A stretch of DNA of 64,000 nucleotides from Candidatus Eiseniibacteriota bacterium (GTDB lineage Bacteria; Eisenbacteria; RBG-16-71-46; JABDJR01): positions 1,216,001 through 1,280,000 of the forward strand of contig CAVXKA010000001.1 in the NCBI GenBank assembly GCA_963762255.1, in the 5' to 3' direction. A model generated the notes under the pieces. The model ran no database searches and was not told where the DNA came from. It saw only the letters and a program-made list of their open reading frames with translations. Below, piece by piece: positions 47,611 through 57,315 of this stretch (its first letter is position 1; every line of letters starts with the position of its first letter). Position numbers and translations under genes: made by a program.

Positions 47611-49905
47611 TCACGCCTCGGAGACGCGGATGTCGCGCCTGATGAAGCTCCGGAGCGCGGCAAGGACGATCGGCACTACCCCGAACACGATGAACACCAG
47701 GTCGCCCGCCATCCGGATCCACTCCATCGTGTGGAACGCTCCGGTCATGGTGAATTCCGGTCGTCGGGCGTGCCAGTAGCCGTTGGTGAGCACGTCCCAG
47801 AGCTGCACCACGCCGGCGGGAAAGAGGTCGAGCAGGACCATCAGCCCCAGACCGACGTTCAGGCCCCAGAACCCCACCCGGACGTACTTCTCGGTGGTAC
47901 GCCACAACACGTCGCTCTGCATCGCGCGCAGGCAGAACACAAGTACGCCGAGGCCGAGCATCCCGAACACCCCGAACATGGCCGCATGCCCGTGGTTGGC
48001 GGTGAGCGCGGTGCCGATCTCGAAGTAGGAGACGATGGGCGTGTTGATGAGGAAGCCGAAGACGCCCGCGCCGACGAAGTTCCATACTCCCACCGCGATC
48101 AGGAAGTAGATGGCCCACTTCTGCCGCGAGGCCGGATTGTCCCCGCCGGCGACTCGTGTCCGCTCGCGCAACCTCATGAACCCCGAAGCGTCCAGCGTGA
48201 GCAGGGTGAGCGGGACCACCTCGAGCGCGGAGAAGCACGAGGCCAGCCCCATGTTCAGCGTCCCCTGACCGGTGAAGTACCAGTGATGGCCGGTGCCGAT
48301 GATGCCTCCGCTCAGGAAGAGGATGGCGTCGAGATAGACGAGGCGTGTCGCCGAGCGCGTCGTGACCAGCCCGAGGTGGCGGAACATGATGGCCACCAGC
48401 ACCGTGGCGAAGAGCTCGAAGAACCCCTCCACCCAGAGGTGGATGATCCAGAAGCGCCAGTTGTCGATCACCGCGAAGTTCGTGCGCGGGCCATAGAAGA
48501 GTGCCGGGAGGTAGAAAAGGGGAATCGCCACCGCGGCGTAGAGGAAGAGCGCGGACAGATCGGATCGCCCCTCCGCCCGGATGGCGGGCCGCAGGGCCCG
48601 GAACATCAGGAACAGCCAGAAGGCGAGACCGGCTGCGAGGAGGAATTGCCAGGCGCGGCCCAGGTCCAGGTATTCGGATCCCTGGTGGCCCAGCCAGAAC
48701 CAGGCTCTTCCGAGCAGGTTGTTGATGCCGAGGTACTCGCCGCCGAGGCTTCCAACGACCACGACCACCAGTGCCCAGAAGAGCGCATCCACGCCGCGTT
48801 TCTGCCCGCGGGGCTCGGCGCCCCCCACCCACGGCGCGAGGAAGAGCCCGCCGGCGACCCATGCGGTGGCGATCCAGAAGATTGCGAGCTGGAGGTGCCA
48901 GGTTCGCAGGAGCGTGTATGGGATGAGGCGGATGACGAAGTCCAGGCCGTAGAACCCGAACGGCTCCACCCGGTAGTGGGCGAGCGCGCCTCCCGCCACC
49001 GCCTGCAGGCCGAACAGGAGCGCCACCACCGCGAAGTACTTGGCCGTCGCTCCTTGACTCGGCGTCAACGACCAAGTGTGCGAGGCGGCCGTGGGTGGCG
49101 GGAGATCCTCGTCGCTCCCCTCCCATCCGAGGAAGTGGAACTTGCCGAAGATGAGCAGGATGAGTCCGAGCCCAACGAGAAGGGTGACCAGGCTGAGCGC
49201 GCTCCACACGTAGGCCTGCGTCGAGGGGCGATTGCCGGCCTGCGGGTCATAGGGCCAGTTGTTGGTGTAGGTGTAGTCCTTGCCCGGCCGGTTCGTCACC
49301 GTGGCCCATGTGGCCCAGGCGAAGTAATCGTTGAGGAGCTTGAGATCGGCGGGATCCTTCACGTACGCGCCGGGAAGGCCTGGGGCCGCGTCGTCACGGG
49401 TGAAGTAGTCCGCCCAGTAGCTCGCGAGCGTACGCCATGCGTCGGCTTGGCCGCTCGTGAAGATCAGCGTGCCGGCAGCGTGGTCAAAGCGGTTCGTCTT
49501 GAGTTCGGTCCTTGTCAATTCTTCGACCGCCGCGCGCTTGTCCTCGCTCAGCGACTCGAAAAGCGCGCCGTAGCGCTCCCGCGCCTGCGCGTCATGCACG
49601 ATCGCGACCTCGCGGTGGAGATACTCCGCGGTGTAATCCGGACCCAGGTAGGCGCCGTGGCCCCAGAGCGTGCCGTGCTCCATGAGGCTGTGCTTCAGGA
49701 AAACCTCCTGGCCATTCCGGATGTCGTTTCCAGTGAAGAGGAGGTTCCCCGCCTCGTCGCGCACCTGTTCCGGGATCGGCGGGGCATTGGTGTAGGTGAG
49801 GGCGGTGACGATGCCGAGGACGGCGAAGCCAAAAATCATCACCAGGATGACGGTGTGTCTCCACCAGGGGGAAAGTGGGTGCGAACCGGAGATCGAGGAG
49901 TTCAT
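47611..49905 (-). CDS. norZ: Quinol-dependent nitric oxide reductase (qNOR)
   Basis: GHGAYLGPDYTA, RTWHLQ, HLWVEGFFE, GTGHH and NHGHAA. Confidence 0.93.
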   Translation of the reverse strand: MNSSISGSHPLSPWWRHTVILVMIFGFAVLGIVTALTYTNAPPIPEQVRDEAGNLLFTGNDIRNGQEVFLKHSLMEHGTLWGHGAYLGPDYTAEYLHREVAIVHDAQARERYGALFESLSEDKRAAVEELTRTELKTNRFDHAAGTLIFTSGQADAWRTLASYWADYFTRDDAAPGLPGAYVKDPADLKLLNDYFAWATWATVTNRPGKDYTYTNNWPYDPQAGNRPSTQAYVWSALSLVTLLVGLGLILLIFGKFHFLGWEGSDEDLPPPTAASHTWSLTPSQGATAKYFAVVALLFGLQAVAGGALAHYRVEPFGFYGLDFVIRLIPYTLLRTWHLQLAIFWIATAWVAGGLFLAPWVGGAEPRGQKRGVDALFWALVVVVVGSLGGEYLGINNLLGRAWFWLGHQGSEYLDLGRAWQFLLAAGLAFWLFLMFRALRPAIRAEGRSDLSALFLYAAVAIPLFYLPALFYGPRTNFAVIDNWRFWIIHLWVEGFFELFATVLVAIMFRHLGLVTTRSATRLVYLDAILFLSGGIIGTGHHWYFTGQGTLNMGLASCFSALEVVPLTLLTLDASGFMRLRERTRVAGGDNPASRQKWAIYFLIAVGVWNFVGAGVFGFLINTPIVSYFEIGTALTANHGHAAMFGVFGMLGLGVLVFCLRAMQSDVLWRTTEKYVRVGFWGLNVGLGLMVLLDLFPAGVVQLWDVLTNGYWHARRPEFTMTGAFHTMEWIRMAGDLVFIVFGVVPIVLAALRSFIRRDIRVSEA

Positions 49906-50016
49906 GCCGGTGTCCTCCGGGATGGGTGGATCGGGCCGGAAGACCGAGTCTAAGACGGTTGGGGATGCCGCGGAAAGCGCTCAGGCCCGCGCTGCTCGCA
50001 CTCGAGAATCCGGCCC

Positions 50017-50059
50017 TTGCTTCGCCTGTCTCCGCCCCATATACTACTCATGTGTTTGG
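50017..50059 (+). promoter_or_regulatory. Putative sigma70 promoter with overlapping candidate operator
   Basis: TTGCTT-N17-TATACT (50017-50045); imperfect palindrome CTACTC-ATGT-GTTTGG (50044-50059). Confidence 0.55.
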
Positions 50060-50109
50060 TACTCAATGAACCGGCAGACGGGCCGGAGGGCGGCCGGGAG
50101 GACGCGGAC

Positions 50110-50364
50110 ATGCGGCTCGAGCGACTCGACGAAGCGGTCAAGGTGCGGGCCGACTTCCAGGGCGGCACCATCATCCCGCTCCTCATCAAGCGGGGGAGCC
50201 AGGAGGTCAAGGTGAAGCGGGTCACCGCTCACTGGGAGGACCGGCGCGGCGCGCACAAGGTGCACTGCTTCTCCGTGCAGGCGGCGTCGGGGGACGTATA
50301 CCAGTTGGAGTTTCACAGCGGGGACCTCGTATGGAAGCTGAACTCGGTGATGCTGGACGGGTAA
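50110..50364 (+). CDS. Small protein upstream of dinB (DUF6504-like beta fold)
   Basis: RBS GGAGG; V.RV..HW...F.V....VYQL.F....W.L pattern; overlaps dinB. Confidence 0.7.
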   Translation: MRLERLDEAVKVRADFQGGTIIPLLIKRGSQEVKVKRVTAHWEDRRGAHKVHCFSVQAASGDVYQLEFHSGDLVWKLNSVMLDG

Positions 50365-51557
50365 TCCTCCACGTCGACCTCGACGCGTTTTTCGCCTCGG
50401 TGGAGCAGCTCCGCTACCCGCACCTGCGCGGGAAGCCGGTGATCGTGGGAAACGGCGTCATCGCGTCGTGCTCGTACGAGGCGCGCCGCCGTGGTTGCTA
50501 CGCGGGGCAGTCGCTCTCCGATGCGCGCCGCATGTGTCCGGGCGTGACGATCCTGGACGGCTGCGAGTCGGTCTATCGCGCCTTCGCCGAGAAGACCTTC
50601 GCGCTCTGCGCGGATCTCTCGCCGGCGATGGAGACCTTTCTCGACGAGGCGTTCCTCGATCTCACCGGCACCGCGCGCATGCACGGCGACCTGTTGGAGC
50701 GGGCGGGCACGCTCAAGCGGCAGGTGCGCGAGGAAGTGGGGCTCCCGATCACCGCCGGGCTCGGCCCCAACCGCATGCTGGCCAAGATCGCGAGCAAGTC
50801 GGTGAAGCCGGACGGGCTTCGCTGGATTCGCGCGGAGGAGATCGAGAGCGTGCTGCCCGCATTGCCCATCGACCGTCTTCCCGGTGTGGGGTATCGCATC
50901 GGCAAGGAGCTGGCCAAGTTCAACGTGCGCACGATCGGCGATCTGCGCGCGTTCCCCGCCGAGGTCCTGGAGCGCATGTTCGGCGCTCCCGGGCGCGCGC
51001 TCTACGAGCGCTGCCGCGGTCGTGACACGCGGGCGGTGGAGGCGCGCGAGGTGCCGCACTCGATCAGCCGCGAGACAGCGTTCCACGAGCCGGTGAGCGA
51101 TCCGCGCACGATGGAGAGCATGCTCTATTACCTGCTCGAGCGCGCGGTGCGCCACGCGCGGGGGCTCGGACTCTCCGCGCGCACGCTGGCGGTGTGGATC
51201 GATTACATGGAGTCGGGGCGCGAGGTGGCCGCCCGCAGTCTGGGGACGCCCAGCGACCAGGACGCGGTCTTCTTCGATCGCGCGCGGCGGATGCTCGCGA
51301 TGCTTCACACGCGGCGGGAGGCATTGCGGCGGATCGGCGTCGCGCTCACCAACTTCAGCGCCGACGCGGGCATGCAGGGAGATCTCTTCGCGGCGGGCGC
51401 CGACGTGCGGCGCGACCGGCTCTATCGCGGGCTCGACGCGGTGCGCGCGCGGTTCGGTCACGCATCGGTGGTGGCGGGGCCGTCGGTGCGGTTGATCGGG
51501 CAGCTCGAGCAGGACCGCAACGGGTTCGTGCTGCGGACGCCGTCGTTGACGAAGTAG
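50331..51557 (+). CDS. dinB: DNA polymerase IV (Y family)
   Basis: HVDLDAFFASVE, SYEAR, DEAFLD, KPDG, SISRE and clamp-binding QGDLF. Confidence 0.93.
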   Translation: MEAELGDAGRVILHVDLDAFFASVEQLRYPHLRGKPVIVGNGVIASCSYEARRRGCYAGQSLSDARRMCPGVTILDGCESVYRAFAEKTFALCADLSPAMETFLDEAFLDLTGTARMHGDLLERAGTLKRQVREEVGLPITAGLGPNRMLAKIASKSVKPDGLRWIRAEEIESVLPALPIDRLPGVGYRIGKELAKFNVRTIGDLRAFPAEVLERMFGAPGRALYERCRGRDTRAVEAREVPHSISRETAFHEPVSDPRTMESMLYYLLERAVRHARGLGLSARTLAVWIDYMESGREVAARSLGTPSDQDAVFFDRARRMLAMLHTRREALRRIGVALTNFSADAGMQGDLFAAGADVRRDRLYRGLDAVRARFGHASVVAGPSVRLIGQLEQDRNGFVLRTPSLTK

Positions 51558-51609
51558 CGGCGCGCACCGCTACGCGCGCGGCGGTGCGCGGGGTTCATCG
51601 CACCGCTAC

Positions 51610-51683
51610 GCGCGCGCCCGTCGCCCTCGCCGAAGGGGCCCCCGCTTCGCGGCCCTTCGGACTGCGGTCGACGGGCGACGCGC
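51610..51683 (+). repeat. 75-bp REP-like hairpin repeat, copy 3
   Basis: Same core; outer stem CGCCCGTCG/CGACGGGCG differs in sequence but still pairs. Confidence 0.88.
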
Positions 51684-51803
51684 TTCGCGGCGCACCCATT
51701 CCACCACCGCCGACCCGCGGCGCCGCACGAAGCCGTGCCTGACGGGCGAACGCGAAGCGGCACAAGATCACCTGGGTGAGCGCCGGCCTGCTACCGTAGT
51801 GCC

Positions 51804-52529
51804 ATGACCACCGACCCCTGGGGCCCGCTGGGCCTCGCACTTCTCGCCTATCATCACGGCGACCACGCTGCCTCGGTGCAAATCCGCATCGAGGAGGGTA
51901 ACGCGGACCCGCTCTCCATGCGCGAGTTCTACCGCGACGGCGAGGAGTTCCCTGCGGTCGAGCAGGTCGCGCTGGATCGTTGCAGCGGCCGCGTGCTTGA
52001 TCTTGGCGCGGGCGCGGGGGTCCACGCGCTCGCCCTGCAGGCGCGCGGCCTCGACGTGATTGCGCTCGATGTGTCGCCGCTCGCTGTCGAAGTCATGCGG
52101 CACCGCGGCGTGCGCGACGCGCGCCTCGGCGACCTCTTCGCGTTTCGCGGCGAGCGCTTCGACACCGTGCTGCTCATGATGAACGGCATCGGCGTGGTGG
52201 GCGATCTGGCCGGGTTCGATCGGTTTCTCGACGTCGCGCGCCGCCTGATCGAACCGGGCGGGCAACTCCTTTTCGACTCCACCGACCTTCGTCTCGGTGA
52301 GGACGACGAGGAGCGGGCGCAGCGCGAGGCTCGCGTGCGGGAAGGTCGCTACTTCGGCCAGGTCCGCATGCGCATGACCTACCGAGGCCGCGACGGCGCG
52401 TCGTACTTCTGGCTCTTCCTGGATCCGGACACGCTCGCCGAGCACGCCGAGCGGGCGGGGTGGCGCACCGAGATCCTGCACGCCGAACCGACCGGCGAGT
52501 TCGCGGCGCGGCTCACGCTTTCGGCCTAG
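51804..52529 (+). CDS. Class I SAM-dependent methyltransferase
   Basis: VLDLGAGAG.H, FDTVLLMMNGIG and F.WLFLD. Confidence 0.88.
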   Translation: MTTDPWGPLGLALLAYHHGDHAASVQIRIEEGNADPLSMREFYRDGEEFPAVEQVALDRCSGRVLDLGAGAGVHALALQARGLDVIALDVSPLAVEVMRHRGVRDARLGDLFAFRGERFDTVLLMMNGIGVVGDLAGFDRFLDVARRLIEPGGQLLFDSTDLRLGEDDEERAQREARVREGRYFGQVRMRMTYRGRDGASYFWLFLDPDTLAEHAERAGWRTEILHAEPTGEFAARLTLSA

Positions 52530-52593
52530 AGCGCGGCGTCGTTGCGCGGGTGGCACGGCGGTTCCAGGCCGTGCCGGCTCGAAGATGAGTGCG

Positions 52594-53079
52594 CTAGCGG
52601 ACCGCCCCCGGTTTGCCGATCAGCCGCCGCAGCATGCCGGTCTGCCCCGCGTGATACGCCTCGTGGAAGACGAGCGCGGCCACCATCTCACCCGCGGTCA
52701 TGCCCTCGCGAACCACCATGTTTGCCGGCGCCACGGCATTCCACCGCTCCGGCGTCGCGCGATTGAGCGCGGCGATCAGACCGTCCTGTGAGCTTTGGAA
52801 GAGCCCCACGATCTCCGCGAAGTCGCGGTACCCGTCAGCCGGGAGCAGCTCCGCGCCGGGATGGTACGGCGCCGCCTCGTCGTCGCTCCAGACCGGCGCC
52901 TCGCCGAGCAGTCGCAGCATGCCGCTCCGGCCGTTGATGATGTGGCCCATCACCCAGTTCATGTGACTTCCGTCGTCGACCGCGCGATGAAGGCTCTCTT
53001 CGTGCGTGATCCCCGCGGTGTTCTTCGCGAGCACGAACTGCGTGAAGGCAAGCTGCGTGAGGAGCGGTTCGACGGTCAT
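52594..53079 (-). CDS. DinB/YfiT-like four-helix-bundle metalloprotein
   Basis: W.MGHI and FHEAYHAGQ His triad; RBS AAGGAG. Confidence 0.88.
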   Translation of the reverse strand: MTVEPLLTQLAFTQFVLAKNTAGITHEESLHRAVDDGSHMNWVMGHIINGRSGMLRLLGEAPVWSDDEAAPYHPGAELLPADGYRDFAEIVGLFQSSQDGLIAALNRATPERWNAVAPANMVVREGMTAGEMVAALVFHEAYHAGQTGMLRRLIGKPGAVR

Positions 53080-53147
53080 GGAGATCTCCTTGGACGCAAG
53101 AGATTGAACCTGGGACGCGTCATCTTACGCGAGTCGGCGGACTGTTC

Positions 53148-53175
53148 TTGACACTAAACGTATGGCTGGTATTCT
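53148..53175 (+). promoter_or_regulatory. Sigma70 promoter of dnaE2 with a candidate operator in the spacer
   Basis: TTGACA-N16-TATTCT with extended -10 TG; spacer is CTAAAC-GTAT-GGCTGG. Confidence 0.65.
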
Positions 53176-53206
53176 TACGCCCCGGCTCCCCCCGGAGATC
53201 CCGTCC

Positions 53207-56200
53207 ATGCCCCCCTACGTTCCCCTCCACGTCCAGAGCGCGTATTCGCTCGGACGCGGCACCGCACCGGTGGAGCGCCTCGTCGATCAGGCCGTGCTCT
53301 ACGGTCACGACGCGCTCGCGCTGACCGATCGCAACAACCTCTACGGTGCCGTCGCGTTCACACGTGCCTGCCGCGAGCGCGGTGTGCGGCCGATCCTTGG
53401 CGCGGAAGTGGATGGGGGAGGCGCGCCGAGCGGTCGCGCCGGACTCGACGCACGCGACGCGCACCGGCCCCCCGCCGTCGGCTCCGAAGACGTCGTCACC
53501 CTCCTCGTGTGCGACGCCGAGGGCTACGCGAACCTCTGCCGGCTCATTACGCGGCGCATGATGGAGTCCCGCTTCCGTCTCGCTCCCGCGCTCGCCGAAC
53601 TTCACCGCGGACTGCACGTGCTGGTCGCCGACCCAGCGCTGCTAAGCACGCTCGCCTCCGTGATCCCACATGGCTCGCTCTGGGGTGAGCTCCAGGCGCC
53701 CCGGCACGGCGAGCCCGCGTTCGCCGCGGTGGCCGACGCCGCGCGCGCGCTCAACATCGACACCGTCGCCACCGGCGCCGTGACCTGCTTGCACCGCGAG
53801 GACCACCGCCTTCACGCCACGCTCACCGCCATCCGGGAGAACACGCTCGCGTCGCGCCTCACCCCGGCCGATCTCGCGCCCCGCGAGGCCTACTTCAAGG
53901 CACCTGCGGCGATGGCCTCGGTGTTTCGACGCCATCCCGGCGCGCTCGCCAACACGCGGCGCGTCGCCGAATCGTGTGCGTTCACGCTCGAGCGCAAGCG
54001 GTGGATCTTCCCCGATCCGCCGCTTCCAGGCGGAGAGACCGCAACCTCGCACCTGCGCGCACTCTGTGAAGCCGGTTTCGCGCGCCGCTATGGCGCGCGC
54101 CACGCAGCGCCCGCCGCGGCGAAACAGCTCAACCGCGAACTCGAGATCATCGAGCGCCTCGGGTTCTCTTCCTACTTCGTGGTAGTAGGGGAGATCGTGC
54201 GCTTCGGGCGCGCGCGCGGCGTGGCCACCGTGGGGCGCGGGAGCGGAGCGAGTGCCGTCACCGCCTACGTGCTCGGCATCACCAACGTCGACCCCATCCG
54301 ATACGGCCTCGCCTTCGAACGGTTCCTGCATGAAAAGCGCCCCGACTGGCCCGATCTCGACGTGGACCTCTGCTGGAAGCGCCGCGACGAGGTGATCGAG
54401 CATGTCTATGCGGCCTACGGTCGCGACCGCGTGGCCATGATCTCGACCCACAACACGTTCGGCACGCGCTCGGCGTTCCGCGAGGCGGCCAAGGCGCACG
54501 GCATCGCCAACCGTACCGTGGACCGCTTGAGCCGCTGCGTGCCGCACGCCGCCGAGGTCCCGCTGCGCGAAGCCTTGAAGCACGCCGCACGCGGCCGCGA
54601 GATCCCGCGCGAGGAGCCGCCGTGGCCGCAGGTGCTCGAGCAGGCGGAGCGGCTTGTGGGGCTACCGCGCCATCTGGGCCTTCACCCCGGCGGCATCGTG
54701 ATCGCGGACGCCCCGCTCGACCGCTACGTGCCGCTGGAGGAGGCCGCGAAGGGGATCGTGTGCACGCAGTTCGAGATGCGCGCCATCGAGGCGGTGGGGC
54801 TCGTCAAGATCGACCTTCTCGGCAACCGCGCCATTTCCACGATCCAGGAGACGGTGGAGTTGGTGGCGGCCGAGCGCGGTGTGCGGCTCGACCCCGACGC
54901 GTTTCCGCACGAGGACGCCGCGACCGCGAGCCTCATGTCGAGCGGTGACACCCTCGGCGTGTTCCAGATGGAGTCGCCCGGCATGCGGAACTTGAACCGC
55001 ATGCTTGCTACCCGCGACCTCGCCACCACCATCGCCGCGGTGGCGCTCATCCGCCCCGGCCCCGCGGCAAGCGGCATGAAGGAGCGCTTCTGCCGGCGCG
55101 CGCGCGGCCTTGAACCTGTCACCTATCCCGACCCGCGCCTCGAACCCGTCCTGCGCGAGACCTTCGGCGTGCCCCTCTACGAAGAGGACGTCATGCGCAT
55201 CGCCGCCACGGTCACCGGCCTCACACTGGAGGACGGCGACGTGCTGCGACGCGCCATCGCGGGCGGCTTCGCCCATGCCATCGAGGAGATGCGCGGCGTG
55301 TTCCTGTCCCGCGCGCAGCGGCGCCGCTACCTCCCTGAGACCGCGCGCGCGATATGGGACGGACTCCTGCAGTTCGGCACCTTCGCGTTCTGCAAGGCCC
55401 ACGCCGCCGGCTACGGGGTTCTCGCCTGGCAGGCGGGGTGGCTCAAGGCGCATTACCCCGCCGAGTTCTCGGTCGCGCTCATGAACCATCACGCGGGCAT
55501 GTACGACAAGCGCACGCACCTCGAGGATGCCAAGCGCCGCGGCGTGGCGGTGCTCCTCCCCGACGTGAACCATTCGGAGGAGATCTTCACCGTCGAACGC
55601 GGCGCGATCCGCATCGGCCTCGAGCGCGTGCGTGGCTTGCGCGTGACCGCGCGCGACGCGATCCTCGGCGAGCGCGGTCGTCGTCCCTTCGCGAGCCTGG
55701 AGGATTTCCTCGCCCGCGTGCCGGTCACGCGCCCCGAACTCGAAGCGCTCGTCGCGGCGGGGGCGTTCGACTTCACCGGGCGCACGCGGCCGGAGCTGTT
55801 CTGCCTCGCCGCGTCCGCGTTCGCGCTCTTCCGCCGCGCGGGGCGGCGGGAGGCCGGCGGCGACCTCTTCGAACTCGAAGCGCTCCCGCAAGCGTCGTGG
55901 GACACGCCCACCATCGCCGAGTTCTCCCGCGAGGAGCGCCTCTGGCTCGAGTGGTCCGTGCTGGGACTCTGCGCGCACGATCATCCGATGCGGGCGTTCC
56001 GGGCGGAGCCGGCATTGCGCGCCACCGTGCCGCTCCACGACGCGGAAACCCGCGTGGGCAAGCGCGTGCGCGTGGCCGGCCTCGTCGCGGCCCGCCGCGC
56101 CGTGCCCACCCGTCAGGGCCGGCAGATGCTCTTCGTGACCCTGGAGGACGAGACGGGCCTGCTCGAGTGCACACTCTTCCCGCCGGTCTACGCGCGGCAT

Positions 56201-56368
56201 CGCGGGGTGGTGCGGGATCTCGGCCCCTACGTCGCGGAGGGGCGCATCGAGGAACAGTACGGCGCTCCCACCCTCAACACGGAGCGTATCGCACGTGTCC
56301 GGACCCCCGCGTTCAACGCGTCCGCCGAAACGCTCCTCGTCCGAACTGGCGATCGAAGAACACCCTGA
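53207..56368 (+). CDS. dnaE2: Error-prone DNA polymerase III alpha (DnaE2-like)
   Basis: PHP domain, GRGSGA, FERFL, PDLDVD, KIDLLG, FCKAHA and OB fold; near dinB. Confidence 0.88.
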   Translation: MPPYVPLHVQSAYSLGRGTAPVERLVDQAVLYGHDALALTDRNNLYGAVAFTRACRERGVRPILGAEVDGGGAPSGRAGLDARDAHRPPAVGSEDVVTLLVCDAEGYANLCRLITRRMMESRFRLAPALAELHRGLHVLVADPALLSTLASVIPHGSLWGELQAPRHGEPAFAAVADAARALNIDTVATGAVTCLHREDHRLHATLTAIRENTLASRLTPADLAPREAYFKAPAAMASVFRRHPGALANTRRVAESCAFTLERKRWIFPDPPLPGGETATSHLRALCEAGFARRYGARHAAPAAAKQLNRELEIIERLGFSSYFVVVGEIVRFGRARGVATVGRGSGASAVTAYVLGITNVDPIRYGLAFERFLHEKRPDWPDLDVDLCWKRRDEVIEHVYAAYGRDRVAMISTHNTFGTRSAFREAAKAHGIANRTVDRLSRCVPHAAEVPLREALKHAARGREIPREEPPWPQVLEQAERLVGLPRHLGLHPGGIVIADAPLDRYVPLEEAAKGIVCTQFEMRAIEAVGLVKIDLLGNRAISTIQETVELVAAERGVRLDPDAFPHEDAATASLMSSGDTLGVFQMESPGMRNLNRMLATRDLATTIAAVALIRPGPAASGMKERFCRRARGLEPVTYPDPRLEPVLRETFGVPLYEEDVMRIAATVTGLTLEDGDVLRRAIAGGFAHAIEEMRGVFLSRAQRRRYLPETARAIWDGLLQFGTFAFCKAHAAGYGVLAWQAGWLKAHYPAEFSVALMNHHAGMYDKRTHLEDAKRRGVAVLLPDVNHSEEIFTVERGAIRIGLERVRGLRVTARDAILGERGRRPFASLEDFLARVPVTRPELEALVAAGAFDFTGRTRPELFCLAASAFALFRRAGRREAGGDLFELEALPQASWDTPTIAEFSREERLWLEWSVLGLCAHDHPMRAFRAEPALRATVPLHDAETRVGKRVRVAGLVAARRAVPTRQGRQMLFVTLEDETGLLECTLFPPVYARHRGVVRDLGPYVAEGRIEEQYGAPTLNTERIARVRTPAFNASAETLLVRTGDRRTP

Positions 56369-57271
56369 CCCACTCGGCGTGCTGCAAGGAATTGGTGCCC
56401 ATGTCGAGGGCGTCCATGCGCACGAGGATCTGCCCCAAGGCCTGGTGATACGCGGGGACGGTGGGATCCTCGAGGACGGCGCTCCACAGCGCGAGCGCGG
56501 ACGCACGGTAGTCGTTGTCCTTGCCCAGGGCCACCCCGAGTCCGTAATGCGCCTCGGCCAGATCCGGGTGGTCCGCGAGAACCGCCTCGAGTTCGCCGCG
56601 CGCCTCGGTGAGCTTCCCCTGCGCGATCCAGGCGGATGCCAGGAGCACCCGCGCGGCGGGGAGGCCCGGCTCGAGCTCCAAAGCGCGAAGCGCCGCTCGT
56701 TCCGCCCGATCCGCGGCTCCACCTCGGTGCAGGGCCATCCCGGAGAGAGTCCATACGACCGCCCGGGATGAATCCGCGGCGAGAGCCTCGGCGAAAGCAT
56801 CCACTGCCGCCCCGAAGCGTTCCTGGTCGAGCGCTTCGAGGCCCTTGCGCACCGTCTCCGACGTGTCGGGCAGCGAATACCCGATGCGGCCGCGGGTCAA
56901 GGCCCATGCCGCGCGCAATTCGCGCGCCGCACCCTCGAAATCGCTCAGCCGATAGCGGGCGAGCGCGGCGAACCCGTGTGGGCCGGGGTGACTCGGATCC
57001 AGACCGCCGCCTCCTCCAGCTCGCGCATGGCCTCGCGGGGCGACTCGTCCACCATGAGCGCGCCCAGGCGATAGCGCGCGGCGAAGGACTGCGGATCGCG
57101 CTCGAGTTCGCCTTCCAGGAGAGCGCGCGCACGCGGGAGGTCGCCCACAGTCATGGCCTGATCGGCCTGGCGCAGCGGACCGGAGTCGGCCACCGCGCTG
57201 CCGCGTTGCCCGCAGGCGGCGAGAGCGAGGATGATCGCGACCGGGAGAACCCAGGGGCGAACGCGGAGCAT
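56313..57271 (-). pseudogene. TPR lipoprotein with a 1-bp frameshift near 57004
   Basis: Lipobox LAAC. Adding one base gives ...LEEAAxLDPSHPGPHGFAALARYRLSDFEGAARELRAAW..., joining ORFs 56945-57271 and 56313-56918. Confidence 0.8.
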
Positions 57272-57315
57272 GCTAAACTTCGCGCCCCGGCGGCGGCGCC
57301 GGAAGGGGGTCGGCG

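Noticed and set aside
9249-51683. 75-bp repeats as a CRISPR array or integron attC sites
   Set aside because: Copies are ~19-23 kb apart with no spacer array, no cas or integrase gene, and no RYYYAAC/GTTRRRY ends.
52594-53079. DinB-family protein as a second polymerase component
   Set aside because: DinB/YfiT helical metalloproteins share only the name with Pol IV.
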